Shown here in pieces: positions 30,777 to 40,994 of a DNA stretch of 64,000 nucleotides. The DNA is taken from the NCBI GenBank assembly GCA_963666205.1, contig OY762654.1, positions 2,048,001-2,112,000 of the forward strand. The letters are read 5' to 3'. Under the pieces are notes generated by a model. The model searched no databases, had not been told where the DNA came from, and saw only the letters and a program-made list of their open reading frames with translations. Each line of letters begins with the position of its first letter. Position 1 is the first letter of the stretch. This stretch comes from Synergistales bacterium (GTDB taxonomy: Bacteria > Synergistota > Synergistia > Synergistales > JAFGMB01). The translations under genes were made by a program, and so were the position numbers.

Positions 30777-32480
30777 ATGATGTTAAAACAGGGAATTTTC
30801 AACACCCGATTTGAAAAAATATTAATTGCCCTTATCCTCCTTACCCTTGGAGTATACCTGTTAACCCTGGGCTCCCACAGCCTTATTGATCCGGATGAGG
30901 GCAGATATGCTGAAGTAGCAAGGGAAATGATCGAAACCGGGGATTACATAACTCCTCATCTCAACTATGTTAAGTTTTTTGATAAGCCGGCTCTTCCTTA
31001 CTGGATGACTGCCATTGCTTTTCGTGTCTTTGGGGTGAATGCTTTTGCAGCCAGATTTAGTCCGGGGATACTTGCACTGATGGGTATGTTCACCCTCTAT
31101 CGGCTTTCTTCCAGGATCTACAACAGGCGGGCAGGTCTTATAACAGCCCTTGTTGCAGGAACATCCTTTCTATATTTTATTATTTCCCACATAACCATAA
31201 CCGATATGCCCCTTGCCTTTTTTGTAACCCTTTCTCTTGCAGGATTTTATATCGGATATCTTGAAAAGAGCAGATATTACCTGCTTTTTTATTGTGGGAT
31301 GGCTTTGGCTCTGCTCTCAAAAGGTCTTATAGGAATAATTTTCCCCTGCGGAATTGTTTTCTGGTGGATCCTTCTTACAAGAAAGTGGCGGATCTTCAGA
31401 GCACTATTTTCATTAAGAGGAATACTGATTTTCCTTGTAATAGCTTTGCCCTGGTTTATCGCCGTAAGTCTGGGAAATCCTGATTTTTTTCACTATTTTT
31501 TTATCCGTCAGCATTTTATCCGTTACCTTACAAATGCGGATAATCGCTATGAGCCCTTCTGGTTCTTTATCCCCATTATCATAGTGGGATTTATCCCCTG
31601 GACAGGATTTTTATTTGTTTCTCTGAAAGAGGAACTGTCTACTTTATGGAAAAATAAACCAGAAGAGAAGGAGGGGGAGCTTTTTCTTCTCCTCTGGTTT
31701 GTCCTTATATTCCTTTTCTTTTCCATGTCCGGATCAAAACTTGTGCCATATATAATTCCTGTTTTTTCACCTCTGGCAGTACTCCTGGGAGGTCAGATAG
31801 ACAGGATGCTACAGGATCTGGATTTTAAAAGGACAAGGACGGTTCTTGTCTTGAATGCCACGTTTCTCTTATTCTTCGCTGCCCTGATGTTAATTTTGCC
31901 TTTTATACAGAATGACTATTCATTGCAGAAGACCCTGCCCGTAAGCCTCTCCATTTCTCTGGCTTTTGTTGCCGGGGTGGTTGTTATTTTTTATTTTTAC
32001 GGAAAAAGAGATCTCAAGGCTATCATCATAGTATTTGTAATGCTTGGAGTTATCAACTGTATAGGGGCCAGTTCCCTTCTGGGTCTCTATGCAGAAAGGC
32101 ATACATCCAGATATGTTTCTGAATTCATTAATTCTCAAAAAAAACCGGGAGATCTGGTGGTACAGTTCAGAGGTTTTGATCAGGGACTTCCCTTTTATCT
32201 GGAGCAGAGAGTAGTGCTTCTGTCTCATTCTGAAGATATGAAATTCGGGAATGAGCATGAGAAGGACAGATCCTTTTTCATAGATATGGAAGGTTTGAAA
32301 GAACTATGGAATGGTGATAAACGGATTTTTATCGTGGCATATAACGGGGAGCTAAAGGAGCTGGCTCCGATCATTGATGGAGAAATGAAACCCCTGGCTG
32401 TTTCAGGGCGGAAGAGTATCTTTTCTAACTGGCCAGCTGATGGAGAAGGAGCATTTCTCTCGAAAGGGGGGACTCCATGA
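30777..32480 (+). CDS. ArnT/GT39-family (lipid A aminoarabinose transferase-like) glycosyltransferase
   Basis: DPDEGRYAEVAREM, FFDKP, LSKGLIG, SKLVPYI motifs. Start moved to ATG 30777 after a GAGAGG RBS. Confidence 0.9.
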   Translation: MMLKQGIFNTRFEKILIALILLTLGVYLLTLGSHSLIDPDEGRYAEVAREMIETGDYITPHLNYVKFFDKPALPYWMTAIAFRVFGVNAFAARFSPGILALMGMFTLYRLSSRIYNRRAGLITALVAGTSFLYFIISHITITDMPLAFFVTLSLAGFYIGYLEKSRYYLLFYCGMALALLSKGLIGIIFPCGIVFWWILLTRKWRIFRALFSLRGILIFLVIALPWFIAVSLGNPDFFHYFFIRQHFIRYLTNADNRYEPFWFFIPIIIVGFIPWTGFLFVSLKEELSTLWKNKPEEKEGELFLLLWFVLIFLFFSMSGSKLVPYIIPVFSPLAVLLGGQIDRMLQDLDFKRTRTVLVLNATFLLFFAALMLILPFIQNDYSLQKTLPVSLSISLAFVAGVVVIFYFYGKRDLKAIIIVFVMLGVINCIGASSLLGLYAERHTSRYVSEFINSQKKPGDLVVQFRGFDQGLPFYLEQRVVLLSHSEDMKFGNEHEKDRSFFIDMEGLKELWNGDKRIFIVAYNGELKELAPIIDGEMKPLAVSGRKSIFSNWPADGEGAFLSKGGTP

Positions 32481-33232
32481 TTTATAAAGATTTCCCGGTA
32501 TGGATAGTTGTTCCCTGTTATAACGAGGAAAAAAGACTGGAAAGAAGTGCTTTTGCTGAATACCTGTCCATCCATAACGATGTCGGTTTCTGTTTCGTCA
32601 ATGATGGCAGCAAAGATGGAACAATTGAAGTTATAAGAAAGGTCAGGGAGGATTTTCCCTGCCAGGTCGTTATTCTGGATCTCAAAAACAATCGAGGAAA
32701 GGCGGATGCAGTAAGATCAGGTGTTTTTTATGTATCTGAATTATCTTTTTCCCCTTATATAGGTTTCTGGGACGCAGATCTAGCCACACCCCTTGAAGAG
32801 ATAGATGGTTTTCTCAAAATATTGAGATCCAACAAGGATCTGATCGTTGCAAGCGGATCCAGAATATCCCGCATGGGAGCATGTATTGAAAGGACCCCTT
32901 TCAGATATATGGAAGGGAAACTATTTGCTGCTCTTTCATCTGCTGTGCTGGGCCTGAAATTCAGGGATACCCAGTGCGGTGCAAAATTATTTGAGAGAGA
33001 AATAGCTCTCAGGATCTTTACCGAACCCCTCATAAGCAGATGGTGTTTTGATGTTGAGCTTTTTGCCAGGATCCGGGATCTGGTGGGTCACGCAGAGGTG
33101 AAAAGGTTAGTATATGAAGTGCCTTTGCAGAAATGGAAAGAGGTCCCTGGTTCCAAGATGGATATTAAAGGCAGTATAGGGATGATCCTCGATCTTGGTA
33201 AGATCTTTCTTCATTACGGGAGTGCCCTGTAA
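32477..33232 (+). CDS. GT2 polyprenyl-phosphate glycosyltransferase (dolichyl-phosphate beta-glucosyltransferase-like)
   Basis: VPCYNE, NDGSKD, WDADLATP, DTQCGAK, FDVELF motifs. Confidence 0.9.
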   Translation: MIYKDFPVWIVVPCYNEEKRLERSAFAEYLSIHNDVGFCFVNDGSKDGTIEVIRKVREDFPCQVVILDLKNNRGKADAVRSGVFYVSELSFSPYIGFWDADLATPLEEIDGFLKILRSNKDLIVASGSRISRMGACIERTPFRYMEGKLFAALSSAVLGLKFRDTQCGAKLFEREIALRIFTEPLISRWCFDVELFARIRDLVGHAEVKRLVYEVPLQKWKEVPGSKMDIKGSIGMILDLGKIFLHYGSAL

Positions 33233-33648
33233 TGAGACAGTTCACTGGTGCCTTATCCGGTCTGTTTCGATTCGCTGATCTTACTTTTATAAGATATTGC
33301 ATTATAGGGGTGATAAATACCCTCTCATGTTTTTCGGTAATATTCATCATGATGTACATTGTTCATGTTCATTATCTGATATCCAATATAATAGGTTATG
33401 CCACGGGAATAATGGTTTCCTTCATTCTCAACAAGTATAAAAATTTCAGGAGCAGGGGTTCGGTTAAAACTGAATTGCCTGTCTTTCTTGTAGCCTTCGG
33501 ATGTTCCTATTCTGCCAATGTCCTTGTGCTGTGGTTTGCCGGAGAGATCCTCCATGCCGATAAATTTTTCAGCCAGCTGGCAGCGGGTACTATATATACA
33601 ATGATATTTTATCTCTTAATGAGATCTGTTGTATTTGCCAGACGGTAA
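33232..33648 (+). CDS. GtrA-family polyprenyl-sugar flippase
   Basis: RYCIIGVINT, SNIIGY...SFILNK motifs; four TM helices. Confidence 0.88.
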   Translation: MRQFTGALSGLFRFADLTFIRYCIIGVINTLSCFSVIFIMMYIVHVHYLISNIIGYATGIMVSFILNKYKNFRSRGSVKTELPVFLVAFGCSYSANVLVLWFAGEILHADKFFSQLAAGTIYTMIFYLLMRSVVFARR

Positions 33649-33679
33649 TGTAAAGATTAATGTATGCCCTGAAGGAGAG

Positions 33680-34354
33680 GTGAAGATCATCCGTCTTTTA
33701 CTAGTTGAAGATGATCAGATGATCGGCGAGGAAATAAAGGAAGGTCTTACTCACAGGGGATTTACCCTGGACTGGGTGAGTACCCTTAGTTCAGGTGAAG
33801 AAGCTTTGAAGATCGATAATTTCGATCTACTGGTTCTTGATGTGGGATTGCCTGATGGTAGCGGTCTTGACCTTTTAAGATCACTCAGAACCAGGAATAA
33901 AGGGATCCCGGTCATTATCCTTACTGCATGGGATGCTGTATCTGACAGGATCAGTGGTCTGGATGCCGGATCTGACGATTACATGGTGAAACCCTTTGAC
34001 CTTGATGAACTGGCAGCACGGATCAGGGCTCTTCTGAGACGCTCTGCAGGCAGGATCAGTTCCCTCATTGAATATGGTCAGATATCTGTCGATCCTTCAA
34101 TTATGGAAGTGACCCTCCAGGGCCATCCAATCCACCTTTCACGCAACGAATATGCGCTTCTGGTAACATTCATTGAGAATCCCGGCAGGATCTACTCCAG
34201 AGTAGAGCTGGAAAAAATTCTCTACGGCTGGGAACAGGAGATAGAAAGCAATACGGTTCAGGTATTCATTCATAATCTCAGGAAAAAACTGGGCAAGGGG
34301 CTTATCCGTAATGTTCATGGCCTTGGCTATGTACTGGGTAAAACAGAATCATGA
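33680..34354 (+). CDS. OmpR-family response regulator (QseB/PmrA-like)
   Basis: RLLLVEDD, LDVGLPDGSG, DDYMVKPFDLDEL, IESNTVQVFIHNLRKK motifs; start uncertain (GTG 33680 or ATC 33689). Confidence 0.92.
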   Translation: MKIIRLLLVEDDQMIGEEIKEGLTHRGFTLDWVSTLSSGEEALKIDNFDLLVLDVGLPDGSGLDLLRSLRTRNKGIPVIILTAWDAVSDRISGLDAGSDDYMVKPFDLDELAARIRALLRRSAGRISSLIEYGQISVDPSIMEVTLQGHPIHLSRNEYALLVTFIENPGRIYSRVELEKILYGWEQEIESNTVQVFIHNLRKKLGKGLIRNVHGLGYVLGKTES

Positions 34355-35685
34355 TATCTATAAGGAAAAAGCTTTTATTCGGTCTTTTTATAGGGGCCAT
34401 ACTCTGTATATCCGTAATCACGGTTATCCTGTTCCTTGAAATAAGAGAAGAGATTTATGAGATCATGGATTACCAGATGGAACAGATAGCCCTTGTGCAC
34501 CGCCTTCAGTCCTATCCCAGGGAAATAGATACGAGAAGCGGATTTGAAGAGGATAAGATCGATTCCCTGGTTCAGATATGGGATTCATCTTATGAACTTG
34601 TCTACACTAATGACCGATCTATGTCCATTCCTTTATCCGGGAGCAATGGTTTTTCTGTGGTGACCTGGGGAGGCCAGAAGTGGCGGGTCCTTCTTGAAGA
34701 GGGTCCCTTAAAGATCCAGGTAGCCCAGTCCATGAAGCTGAGGCAAAGGGTTATTTTCCTGATAGCTCTTAAATTTTCCCTTGTAATGTTATTGTTCCTG
34801 TTTCTCCTGGGGGGGTGGATAGTCTTTATCGTCAGAAATAGTTTTAAACCTTTGAGGGATGTCCGAAAACAGATCAGAGAACGAAAGGCCTCCCTGCTTG
34901 CACCCATACCGGATAAGGGCGTTCCCGAAGAAATCCTCCCCCTGGTCACAGAATTGAACTACCTTCTCTCCCGTCTTGACAGATCTCTGAAAAGCCAGAA
35001 ACAATTTCTTGCTGATGCTGCCCATGAGCTGAGAACTCCTCTAACCGCACTGGATCTGCAGATCCAGAATGCCCGCTATGCCATGGCAGGTGAAAATAAA
35101 GAGATCTTTATCCAGAAACTGAAAAGGGGAGTTGATAGGGCCAGTGCCATGATCAATCAGTTACTTACAATTTCGCGCATGGAATCGGGTTTCCTGAAAA
35201 ACGAGGTTTCAGATGTAGATCTGAAAAGGGTGGTCGCCAGGGTGTTCTCGGATCATTCAGCCATGGCAGCAGAGAAAGGAATAGTTCTGGAATCCGTGGT
35301 TCATGGTCAGGTCACGATGAGGGGGAATGCCGGAAGCCTGGAGGTAATGATCTCTTCTCTGGTAGATAATGCCATAAAATATTCACCGTCAGAAACTGAA
35401 GTTAAGGTGGATATTTTTCAGACAGAAGTAGAAACTGTTATTGCGGTTATGGACCAGGGACCCGGAATACCTGAGGGGGAACGGGAAAAGGTTTTCCAGC
35501 GTTTTTACAGATACCAGGGTCAAAGGGTACTTGGAAGCGGTCTGGGCTTGTCAATAGTTAAAGATATTGCCGATTTCCACAAGGGAAAGATATCCCTTGC
35601 GGAAGGTCCGGGTGGCAGGGGACTGGAAGTCTGTATAACCTTTCCCGCGTTATCAGGTGATGATCTCCCTGATCATCCAGAATAA
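34351..35685 (+). CDS. sensor histidine kinase (QseC/PmrB-like)
   Basis: Two TM helices, HAMP domain, ADAAHELRTPL, DNAIKYS, DQGPGI, GSGLGL. Confidence 0.93.
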   Translation: MISIRKKLLFGLFIGAILCISVITVILFLEIREEIYEIMDYQMEQIALVHRLQSYPREIDTRSGFEEDKIDSLVQIWDSSYELVYTNDRSMSIPLSGSNGFSVVTWGGQKWRVLLEEGPLKIQVAQSMKLRQRVIFLIALKFSLVMLLFLFLLGGWIVFIVRNSFKPLRDVRKQIRERKASLLAPIPDKGVPEEILPLVTELNYLLSRLDRSLKSQKQFLADAAHELRTPLTALDLQIQNARYAMAGENKEIFIQKLKRGVDRASAMINQLLTISRMESGFLKNEVSDVDLKRVVARVFSDHSAMAAEKGIVLESVVHGQVTMRGNAGSLEVMISSLVDNAIKYSPSETEVKVDIFQTEVETVIAVMDQGPGIPEGEREKVFQRFYRYQGQRVLGSGLGLSIVKDIADFHKGKISLAEGPGGRGLEVCITFPALSGDDLPDHPE

Positions 35686-35755
35686 AAAAACCTTTTACCC
35701 CTGTACCGATCTGTAAGAGGTATAAAAGTATTATGCCTATCTCCCATGAACAGAA

Positions 35756-35797
35756 AATAAGCAGGACCGTTGAATTCATGCCCCGGTCCTGCTTATT
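35756..35797. terminator. stem-loop between the convergent kinase and rubredoxin genes
   Basis: AATAAGCAGGACCG / CGGTCCTGCTTATT, a 14-bp inverted repeat. Confidence 0.7.
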
Positions 35798-35817
35798 CTT
35801 TCCATGTTTGCTTCTTC

Positions 35818-35985
35818 TTAGACAACAGTTACTATGTCGAAGTCTTCCTTGCCCGAAAAACATAGAGGGCATTGCCATTTTCCCGGCAGATCTTCAAAGG
35901 AGGTTCCCGGTTTGATCCCGCTTTCAGGATCACCCACTTCGGGATCATAAACGTAACCGCAGGGAATGCATATATATTTGTCCAT
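35818..35985 (-). CDS. rubredoxin (55 aa; absent from ORF track)
   Basis: Manual translation [55 protein letters not shown] with CxxCGY and WxCPxC; GGAGG RBS. Confidence 0.95.
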   Translation of the reverse strand: MDKYICIPCGYVYDPEVGDPESGIKPGTSFEDLPGKWQCPLCFSGKEDFDIVTVV

Positions 35986-36016
35986 GTTATTCCTCCTTAT
36001 CCGGATATCCGGAATT

Positions 36017-37681
36017 TTATTTCCCGGCCATCATGGCCTCGATATCAGATTTTACATCGCCTATGGGCTTGATGTCGAATTTTTCGACCAGAACCTTGAG
36101 GACATTAGGCGCTACAAAGGCAGGAAGGGTTGGGCCGAGCCTTATTCCCTGAACTCCAAGGAACAGAAGGGCGAGGAGAACTGCTACAGCTTTCTGTTCG
36201 TACCAGGCGATGTCATAGGATATAGGCAGTTCGTTGATATCATCCAGACCGAAGGCTTCCTTGAGCTTCAGAGCGATAACAGCGAGGGAGTAGGAGTCGT
36301 TGCACTGACCGGCATCGAGAACCCTGGGAATTCCACCGATATCTCCAAGATCCAGTTTGTTATAGCGGTATTTTGCGCACCCGGCAGTCAGGATAACCGT
36401 GTCCTTCGGCAGTGCCTCGGCCACTTCTGTGTAGTAATCCCTGTCCCTGAATCGGCCGTCGCATCCGGCCATAACCACAAAACGTTTTATAGCCCCGGAC
36501 TTTACCGCTTCTACAACCTTGTCAGCAAGGGCGAGGACCTGGTTGTGGGCGAAGCCGCCTACAAGGGTTCCATTTTCAAGTTCCTTCGGAGAATCACATT
36601 TTTTCGCAAGCTTGATGATCTGGGAGAAATCCTTGGTACCTCCTTCCTCCCTTTCAGGAATATGTATGGCTCCAGGATAGCCCGCGGTATTTGTGGTGAA
36701 AAGCTTATCCAGGTATGTGTTGTTATTCTTCAGCGGAACGATACAGTTGGTGGTCATGAGGATGGGGCCGTTGAAGGACTGGAACTCCTCGTTCTGGTGC
36801 CACCAGGAACCGCCATAGTTTCCGACAAAATGGTCATACTTCTTGAAAGCAGGATAGTAATTGGCAGGAAGCATCTCGCCATGAGTATAGACGTCTACAC
36901 CTGTACCCTCGGTCTGTTTTAGAAGTTCCTCCATATCCTTGAGATCGTGTCCGCTGATGAGGATCCCCGGGTTGTTCCGTACTCCCAGATAGACCTCGGT
37001 TATCTCAGGGTTCCCGTAGGTACTGGTATTGGCCTTGTCCAGAAGGGCCATGGTCTGCACGGCCATTTCCCCGGCCTTCATGACCAGTTCCACCATCTTA
37101 TCCACCGGCAGGTCCTCTGTTGTCGAAGCAAGTGCCTTTGAAGCGAAATCGTAGATGCCGTCATCCTCGAAACCAAGGATGGCCGCGTGGTCAGCATAGG
37201 CACAGATACCCTTGAGGCCTATCACCAGGAGTTCCCGAAGGGAGCGCACGTCCTCGTTCAGAGTGGACAGGACGCCCACTTCCTTTGCCTTCTCGGCAAA
37301 TACCTGGGGGTCATCGGAATACCACGTTGCGGATTCATGAAGATCTTCATTCAATTCTGTACCGTGTTTCTCCTTCCACGCCGAAAGGACCTTGTCCTTG
37401 AGCTGGTTTCTCTTTTTTAGGCTGTCTCTGATAAAAACAACGAATCGGTCATCGTCAAAATTGGCATTTGTGATGGTGGCAAAAAGGCCCTCGGAAATGA
37501 AACGTCCGGTGCTCTTATCCTGTACACCAAGTTCCCGGGCTTTCTGATCCCATATGGAAAGACCCTTTAAGGTGAAGACAAGAAGATCCTGCAGATTCGC
37601 GGTGCTTTCCAGCTTTCCACAAACCCCTCTCATGGTGCATCCTTTGTTGCCTGCTGTTTCCTGGCACTGAAAACAATACAT
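36017..37681 (-). CDS. hcp: hybrid cluster protein (hydroxylamine/NO reductase)
   Basis: [58 protein letters not shown] motifs. Confidence 0.97.
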   Translation of the reverse strand: MYCFQCQETAGNKGCTMRGVCGKLESTANLQDLLVFTLKGLSIWDQKARELGVQDKSTGRFISEGLFATITNANFDDDRFVVFIRDSLKKRNQLKDKVLSAWKEKHGTELNEDLHESATWYSDDPQVFAEKAKEVGVLSTLNEDVRSLRELLVIGLKGICAYADHAAILGFEDDGIYDFASKALASTTEDLPVDKMVELVMKAGEMAVQTMALLDKANTSTYGNPEITEVYLGVRNNPGILISGHDLKDMEELLKQTEGTGVDVYTHGEMLPANYYPAFKKYDHFVGNYGGSWWHQNEEFQSFNGPILMTTNCIVPLKNNNTYLDKLFTTNTAGYPGAIHIPEREEGGTKDFSQIIKLAKKCDSPKELENGTLVGGFAHNQVLALADKVVEAVKSGAIKRFVVMAGCDGRFRDRDYYTEVAEALPKDTVILTAGCAKYRYNKLDLGDIGGIPRVLDAGQCNDSYSLAVIALKLKEAFGLDDINELPISYDIAWYEQKAVAVLLALLFLGVQGIRLGPTLPAFVAPNVLKVLVEKFDIKPIGDVKSDIEAMMAGK

Positions 37682-37683
37682 CT

Positions 37684-38400
37684 CTATACCTCCTTTTGAA
37701 ATTTACTGGCTATTACCCCGGTAGCCGGGTTGTTTTCCCCGTAGGTTTCCATCAGTCTGTTCAATATTTCTTCTCTGTCTTTCCCCCGCTCTTCCATTTC
37801 CTTCACCATCTGGTAAGCAGCGAATAAAGGGGAAGGCCCTATTTCGGAGGAAAAGGTTCCAATTCCTCCATTCCATGCAAAAAGGGAGAAAAGCTCATCC
37901 ATCTCGGCAACGGTAAGGCCTGAAGAATAGGCTTTGACCAGTTCACGAGTGGCCTGGCGGATGCGTCCCGCACCAACAGCGTTTGAGAGGGAGAGTAGAA
38001 GCTTGGTCTTGAGATCTATGGCGGGGGCATCTTTCCCCCAGGTGAGTTCCCAGAAGTTAACGGCGATTTCTGCAAGGGTATTATCTATTCTTTTATAGTT
38101 TACTATAGCAGTAGGCTTAAGGGGAAGGTCCCCTGTTTTTTCATAGGTACTTTCCTTGATTGTCTTTCTATAGAAGCAGGCCCGGTATTCCCCTTCAGGG
38201 CCTTTTTCAGTGAAATGTTCAAAACCGAGTTCCTTCATAGCTGAGTAAAGAGGAATGGGTTCAAAACTCTGAACAATGCATAAACCGCTGCCCATATCCA
38301 TCTGTCTTGCCTTATTCAACAGCCCGGGAAGAAAATTGCCCTTTCCTTTCCTGACGTCAATTACTTCAAACTGATCTACCTGGTCTTTCCATTCTTTCAT
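37684..38400 (-). CDS. DUF2249-like domain fused to an AhpD/carboxymuconolactone decarboxylase-like domain
   Basis: N-terminal IDVR...[12 protein letters not shown]...GF; C-terminal [16 protein letters not shown]...GLTVAEMDE. Confidence 0.55.
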   Translation of the reverse strand: MKEWKDQVDQFEVIDVRKGKGNFLPGLLNKARQMDMGSGLCIVQSFEPIPLYSAMKELGFEHFTEKGPEGEYRACFYRKTIKESTYEKTGDLPLKPTAIVNYKRIDNTLAEIAVNFWELTWGKDAPAIDLKTKLLLSLSNAVGAGRIRQATRELVKAYSSGLTVAEMDELFSLFAWNGGIGTFSSEIGPSPLFAAYQMVKEMEERGKDREEILNRLMETYGENNPATGVIASKFQKEV

Positions 38401-38481
38401 CAGTTAAGCCTCCTTCAGGGAACAGAAATAACTTGCTTTTCCTGTTTCATGAATATATTGTCAGATTACTGGCATGCTTTC

Positions 38482-38497
38482 CTTGACCTATGTCAAG
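38482..38497. promoter_or_regulatory. FNR-type palindrome, probable HcpR operator
   Basis: CTTGAC-CTAT-GTCAAG, between the divergent hcp operon and the Crp/Fnr gene. Confidence 0.75.
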
Positions 38498-38531
38498 AAT
38501 GAAGGGATACTTTTTCAATTGGAGGAATAAT

Positions 38532-39227
38532 ATGGATGAAATAATGGATTTTATTTCACAGATATCATTTTTTGAGGGGCTTCTTGTTGAGGAAATAGAA
38601 GAGGTCGCTTCCATAGCACGAAAAAAGAGCTTCTCCAGGGGAGAGACCCTTTTTCTACAGGGTGATGAAGGGAGCGGATTCTTTGTTGTTGTAACTGGAA
38701 GGGTCAAGATATACAAGGAGTCTCCCGAAGGCAAGGAAGCTATAATTCACATCTGCGGTCCCATGGACCAGTTCGGTCAGGTTGCTGTTTATGCAGGAAG
38801 AACATTTCCCGCCAGTGCTCAGGCAATAGCTGATTCGACCCTCCTGTTTTTTCCCCGGTCCGAATTCAGGGACCTGATCCGAAGGAAACCGGATCTTGCC
38901 CTTTCAATGCTCTCTTCTCTTTCGATAAGGATACGACAGGTGACATCCCAGCTGGAAAGCCTTGCCCTTAAAGAGGTGCCAGGGAGGCTGGCTGCCTACC
39001 TCGTATATCTGCAGGAGCAGCAGGGAGGGGAGAACGCAGTTTTACTTAAAATTTCCAGGGGAGAATTGGCAAGTCTCCTTGGAACGACACCTGAAACTCT
39101 TTCCCGTATAATGGCAAGGCTGGAGGAGGAGGGGTTTATCAGGGTCGAAAAACGTACCATCGCCATACTGGACGCAGATGCCCTGGAGCAGCTTGCCTCC
39201 CGGGGACGGATGCAGCGGGGCCTTTGA
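38532..39227 (+). CDS. Crp/Fnr-family regulator (HcpR-like)
   Basis: cNMP-binding fold plus HTH LASLLGTTPETLSR; divergent from hcp; ATG 38532 follows GGAGG. Confidence 0.9.
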   Translation: MDEIMDFISQISFFEGLLVEEIEEVASIARKKSFSRGETLFLQGDEGSGFFVVVTGRVKIYKESPEGKEAIIHICGPMDQFGQVAVYAGRTFPASAQAIADSTLLFFPRSEFRDLIRRKPDLALSMLSSLSIRIRQVTSQLESLALKEVPGRLAAYLVYLQEQQGGENAVLLKISRGELASLLGTTPETLSRIMARLEEEGFIRVEKRTIAILDADALEQLASRGRMQRGL

Positions 39228-39382
39228 TCCCCATATCTGCTGGAAACGCACTGTTAAAGAAAAATGATTAAACCTTATTGTCCTGGCATTAATATTGAAA
39301 ATATGGTGACAATAGAAATAAAATAGAAATAATATAAGGAAACTTTTGTATTCCTGATCTTGATAACAGGGGGATTCTTTCG

Positions 39383-40906
39383 ATGATCTCAAAGAGTGGG
39401 TTGGGCTTCGATAACGAGAAGTACCTTGAAGAACAGACAGCGGCAATATATGAAAGAGTCAGAAAGTACGATAACAAACTTTACATTGAATTCGGCGGCA
39501 AACTGATTTTCGACTACCATGCCGCAAGGGTACTTCCAGGTTACGACCCTTCTGTAAAAATGCGGCTCCTCCAGGAGTTCAAAGATCAGGTGGAAGTAAT
39601 AATATGTGTTTATGCCGGAGATATCGAGAGTCGTAAAATGCGGGCCGACTTCGGTATAACCTATGATGCAGAGGTCCTTAAGCTCATCGACGATCTTACT
39701 GAAAGAGATATAAAGACGGCCGGTGTTGTGATCACACGTTTTGACAGTCAGCCTTCCGCGGTCCAGTTCAAGAACAGGCTTAAACGAAGGGGTATAGTGG
39801 TCTATACACACCGGGCATCCAAGGGCTATCCCATGGATGTAGATACCATAGTAAGTAAATCAGGATATGGAGCCAATGCCTATATAGAAACCGAAAGACC
39901 CATCGTAGTCGTTACCGGCCCAGGGCCGGGAAGCGGCAAACTGGCTACCTGCCTTTCCCAGCTTTACCATGACCACCAGCAGGGGATAAGATCCGGTTAT
40001 TCCAAGTTCGAGACTTTCCCGGTATGGAACCTCCCCCTGAAGCATCCAGTAAATGTAGCATACGAGGCAGCAACTTCAGACCTTGGAGATGTGAACCTTA
40101 TCGATCATTTCCATCTTGAGGCATACGATGAAAAAACAGTGAATTATAACAGGGATATTGAAGCCTTTCCCCTTTTGAGCCGGATACTCGCCAGAATAAC
40201 CAATGAACCCTCCATGTACCGTTCTCCCACCGATATGGGCGTGAATAGAGTCGGTTTCGGGATCATAGATGATGAAGCAGTGAGGGAGGCGTCCATCGAT
40301 GAGATCATCCGAAGGTTCTTCCGGTATTCCTGTGACTATGCCATGGGTAATGCTGAGAGGGAGACAGTTGAAAGAGTCGAACTCCTTATGGATGAACTGG
40401 GCATAAAACCGGAAGACCGGGCTGTGGTCAATTTTGCGAGGAAAGCATCACTGGAAGCAGACAAAAAGGGCAAGGGCGTGGATGGAGCTTTCTGTGGAGC
40501 TGCCATTGAACTGAAAGATGGGACCATAGTGACGGGAAAGAATTTCCCCCTCCTGCATTCATCCTCCAGTGTGGTTCTGAACGCAGCCAAAGTGCTTGCC
40601 GGAATACCGGACCAGATAGACCTTCTCCCGCCCAACGTTATCCAGTCTCTGGGATATCTTAAAAAGGATGTTCTTAACGGAAAAAAGATAGGGTTGGACC
40701 TCGAGGAAACCCTCATTACCCTTGCTATAAGTTCCGCAAGTAACCCTGCCGCTGCAGCTGCCATGGAGAAACTGAAGGATCTGCAGGGATGTGAAGCCCA
40801 TCTTTCCCATATTCCGACGCCTGGAGATGAGGCAGGTTTTCGGAAGCTTGGAGTAAACCTGACAAGCGATCCCCTTTTCTCTTCCAAGTGCCTTTTCGAG
40901 GATTGA
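39383..40906 (+). CDS. DUF1846 (UPF0371) protein
   Basis: KLYIEFGGKL..DYHAARVLPG, GPGSGKLATCLSQLYH, SPTDMGVN motifs. Confidence 0.92.
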   Translation: MISKSGLGFDNEKYLEEQTAAIYERVRKYDNKLYIEFGGKLIFDYHAARVLPGYDPSVKMRLLQEFKDQVEVIICVYAGDIESRKMRADFGITYDAEVLKLIDDLTERDIKTAGVVITRFDSQPSAVQFKNRLKRRGIVVYTHRASKGYPMDVDTIVSKSGYGANAYIETERPIVVVTGPGPGSGKLATCLSQLYHDHQQGIRSGYSKFETFPVWNLPLKHPVNVAYEAATSDLGDVNLIDHFHLEAYDEKTVNYNRDIEAFPLLSRILARITNEPSMYRSPTDMGVNRVGFGIIDDEAVREASIDEIIRRFFRYSCDYAMGNAERETVERVELLMDELGIKPEDRAVVNFARKASLEADKKGKGVDGAFCGAAIELKDGTIVTGKNFPLLHSSSSVVLNAAKVLAGIPDQIDLLPPNVIQSLGYLKKDVLNGKKIGLDLEETLITLAISSASNPAAAAAMEKLKDLQGCEAHLSHIPTPGDEAGFRKLGVNLTSDPLFSSKCLFED

Positions 40907-40933
40907 TCTGATTTTTCGAATTACCATGTAAAG

Positions 40934-40965
40934 ACAGCCTGGTCCCTTATTCGGGACCAGGCTGT
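40934..40965. terminator. bidirectional stem-loop
   Basis: ACAGCCTGGTCCC / GGGACCAGGCTGT between convergent genes. Confidence 0.75.
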
Positions 40966-40994
40966 TAAATCGAAGGAAGATCCTGTGCTGCCTG

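Noticed and set aside
35966-36922. 318-aa plus-strand ORF
   Set aside because: Antisense shadow of hcp, explained by codon bias.
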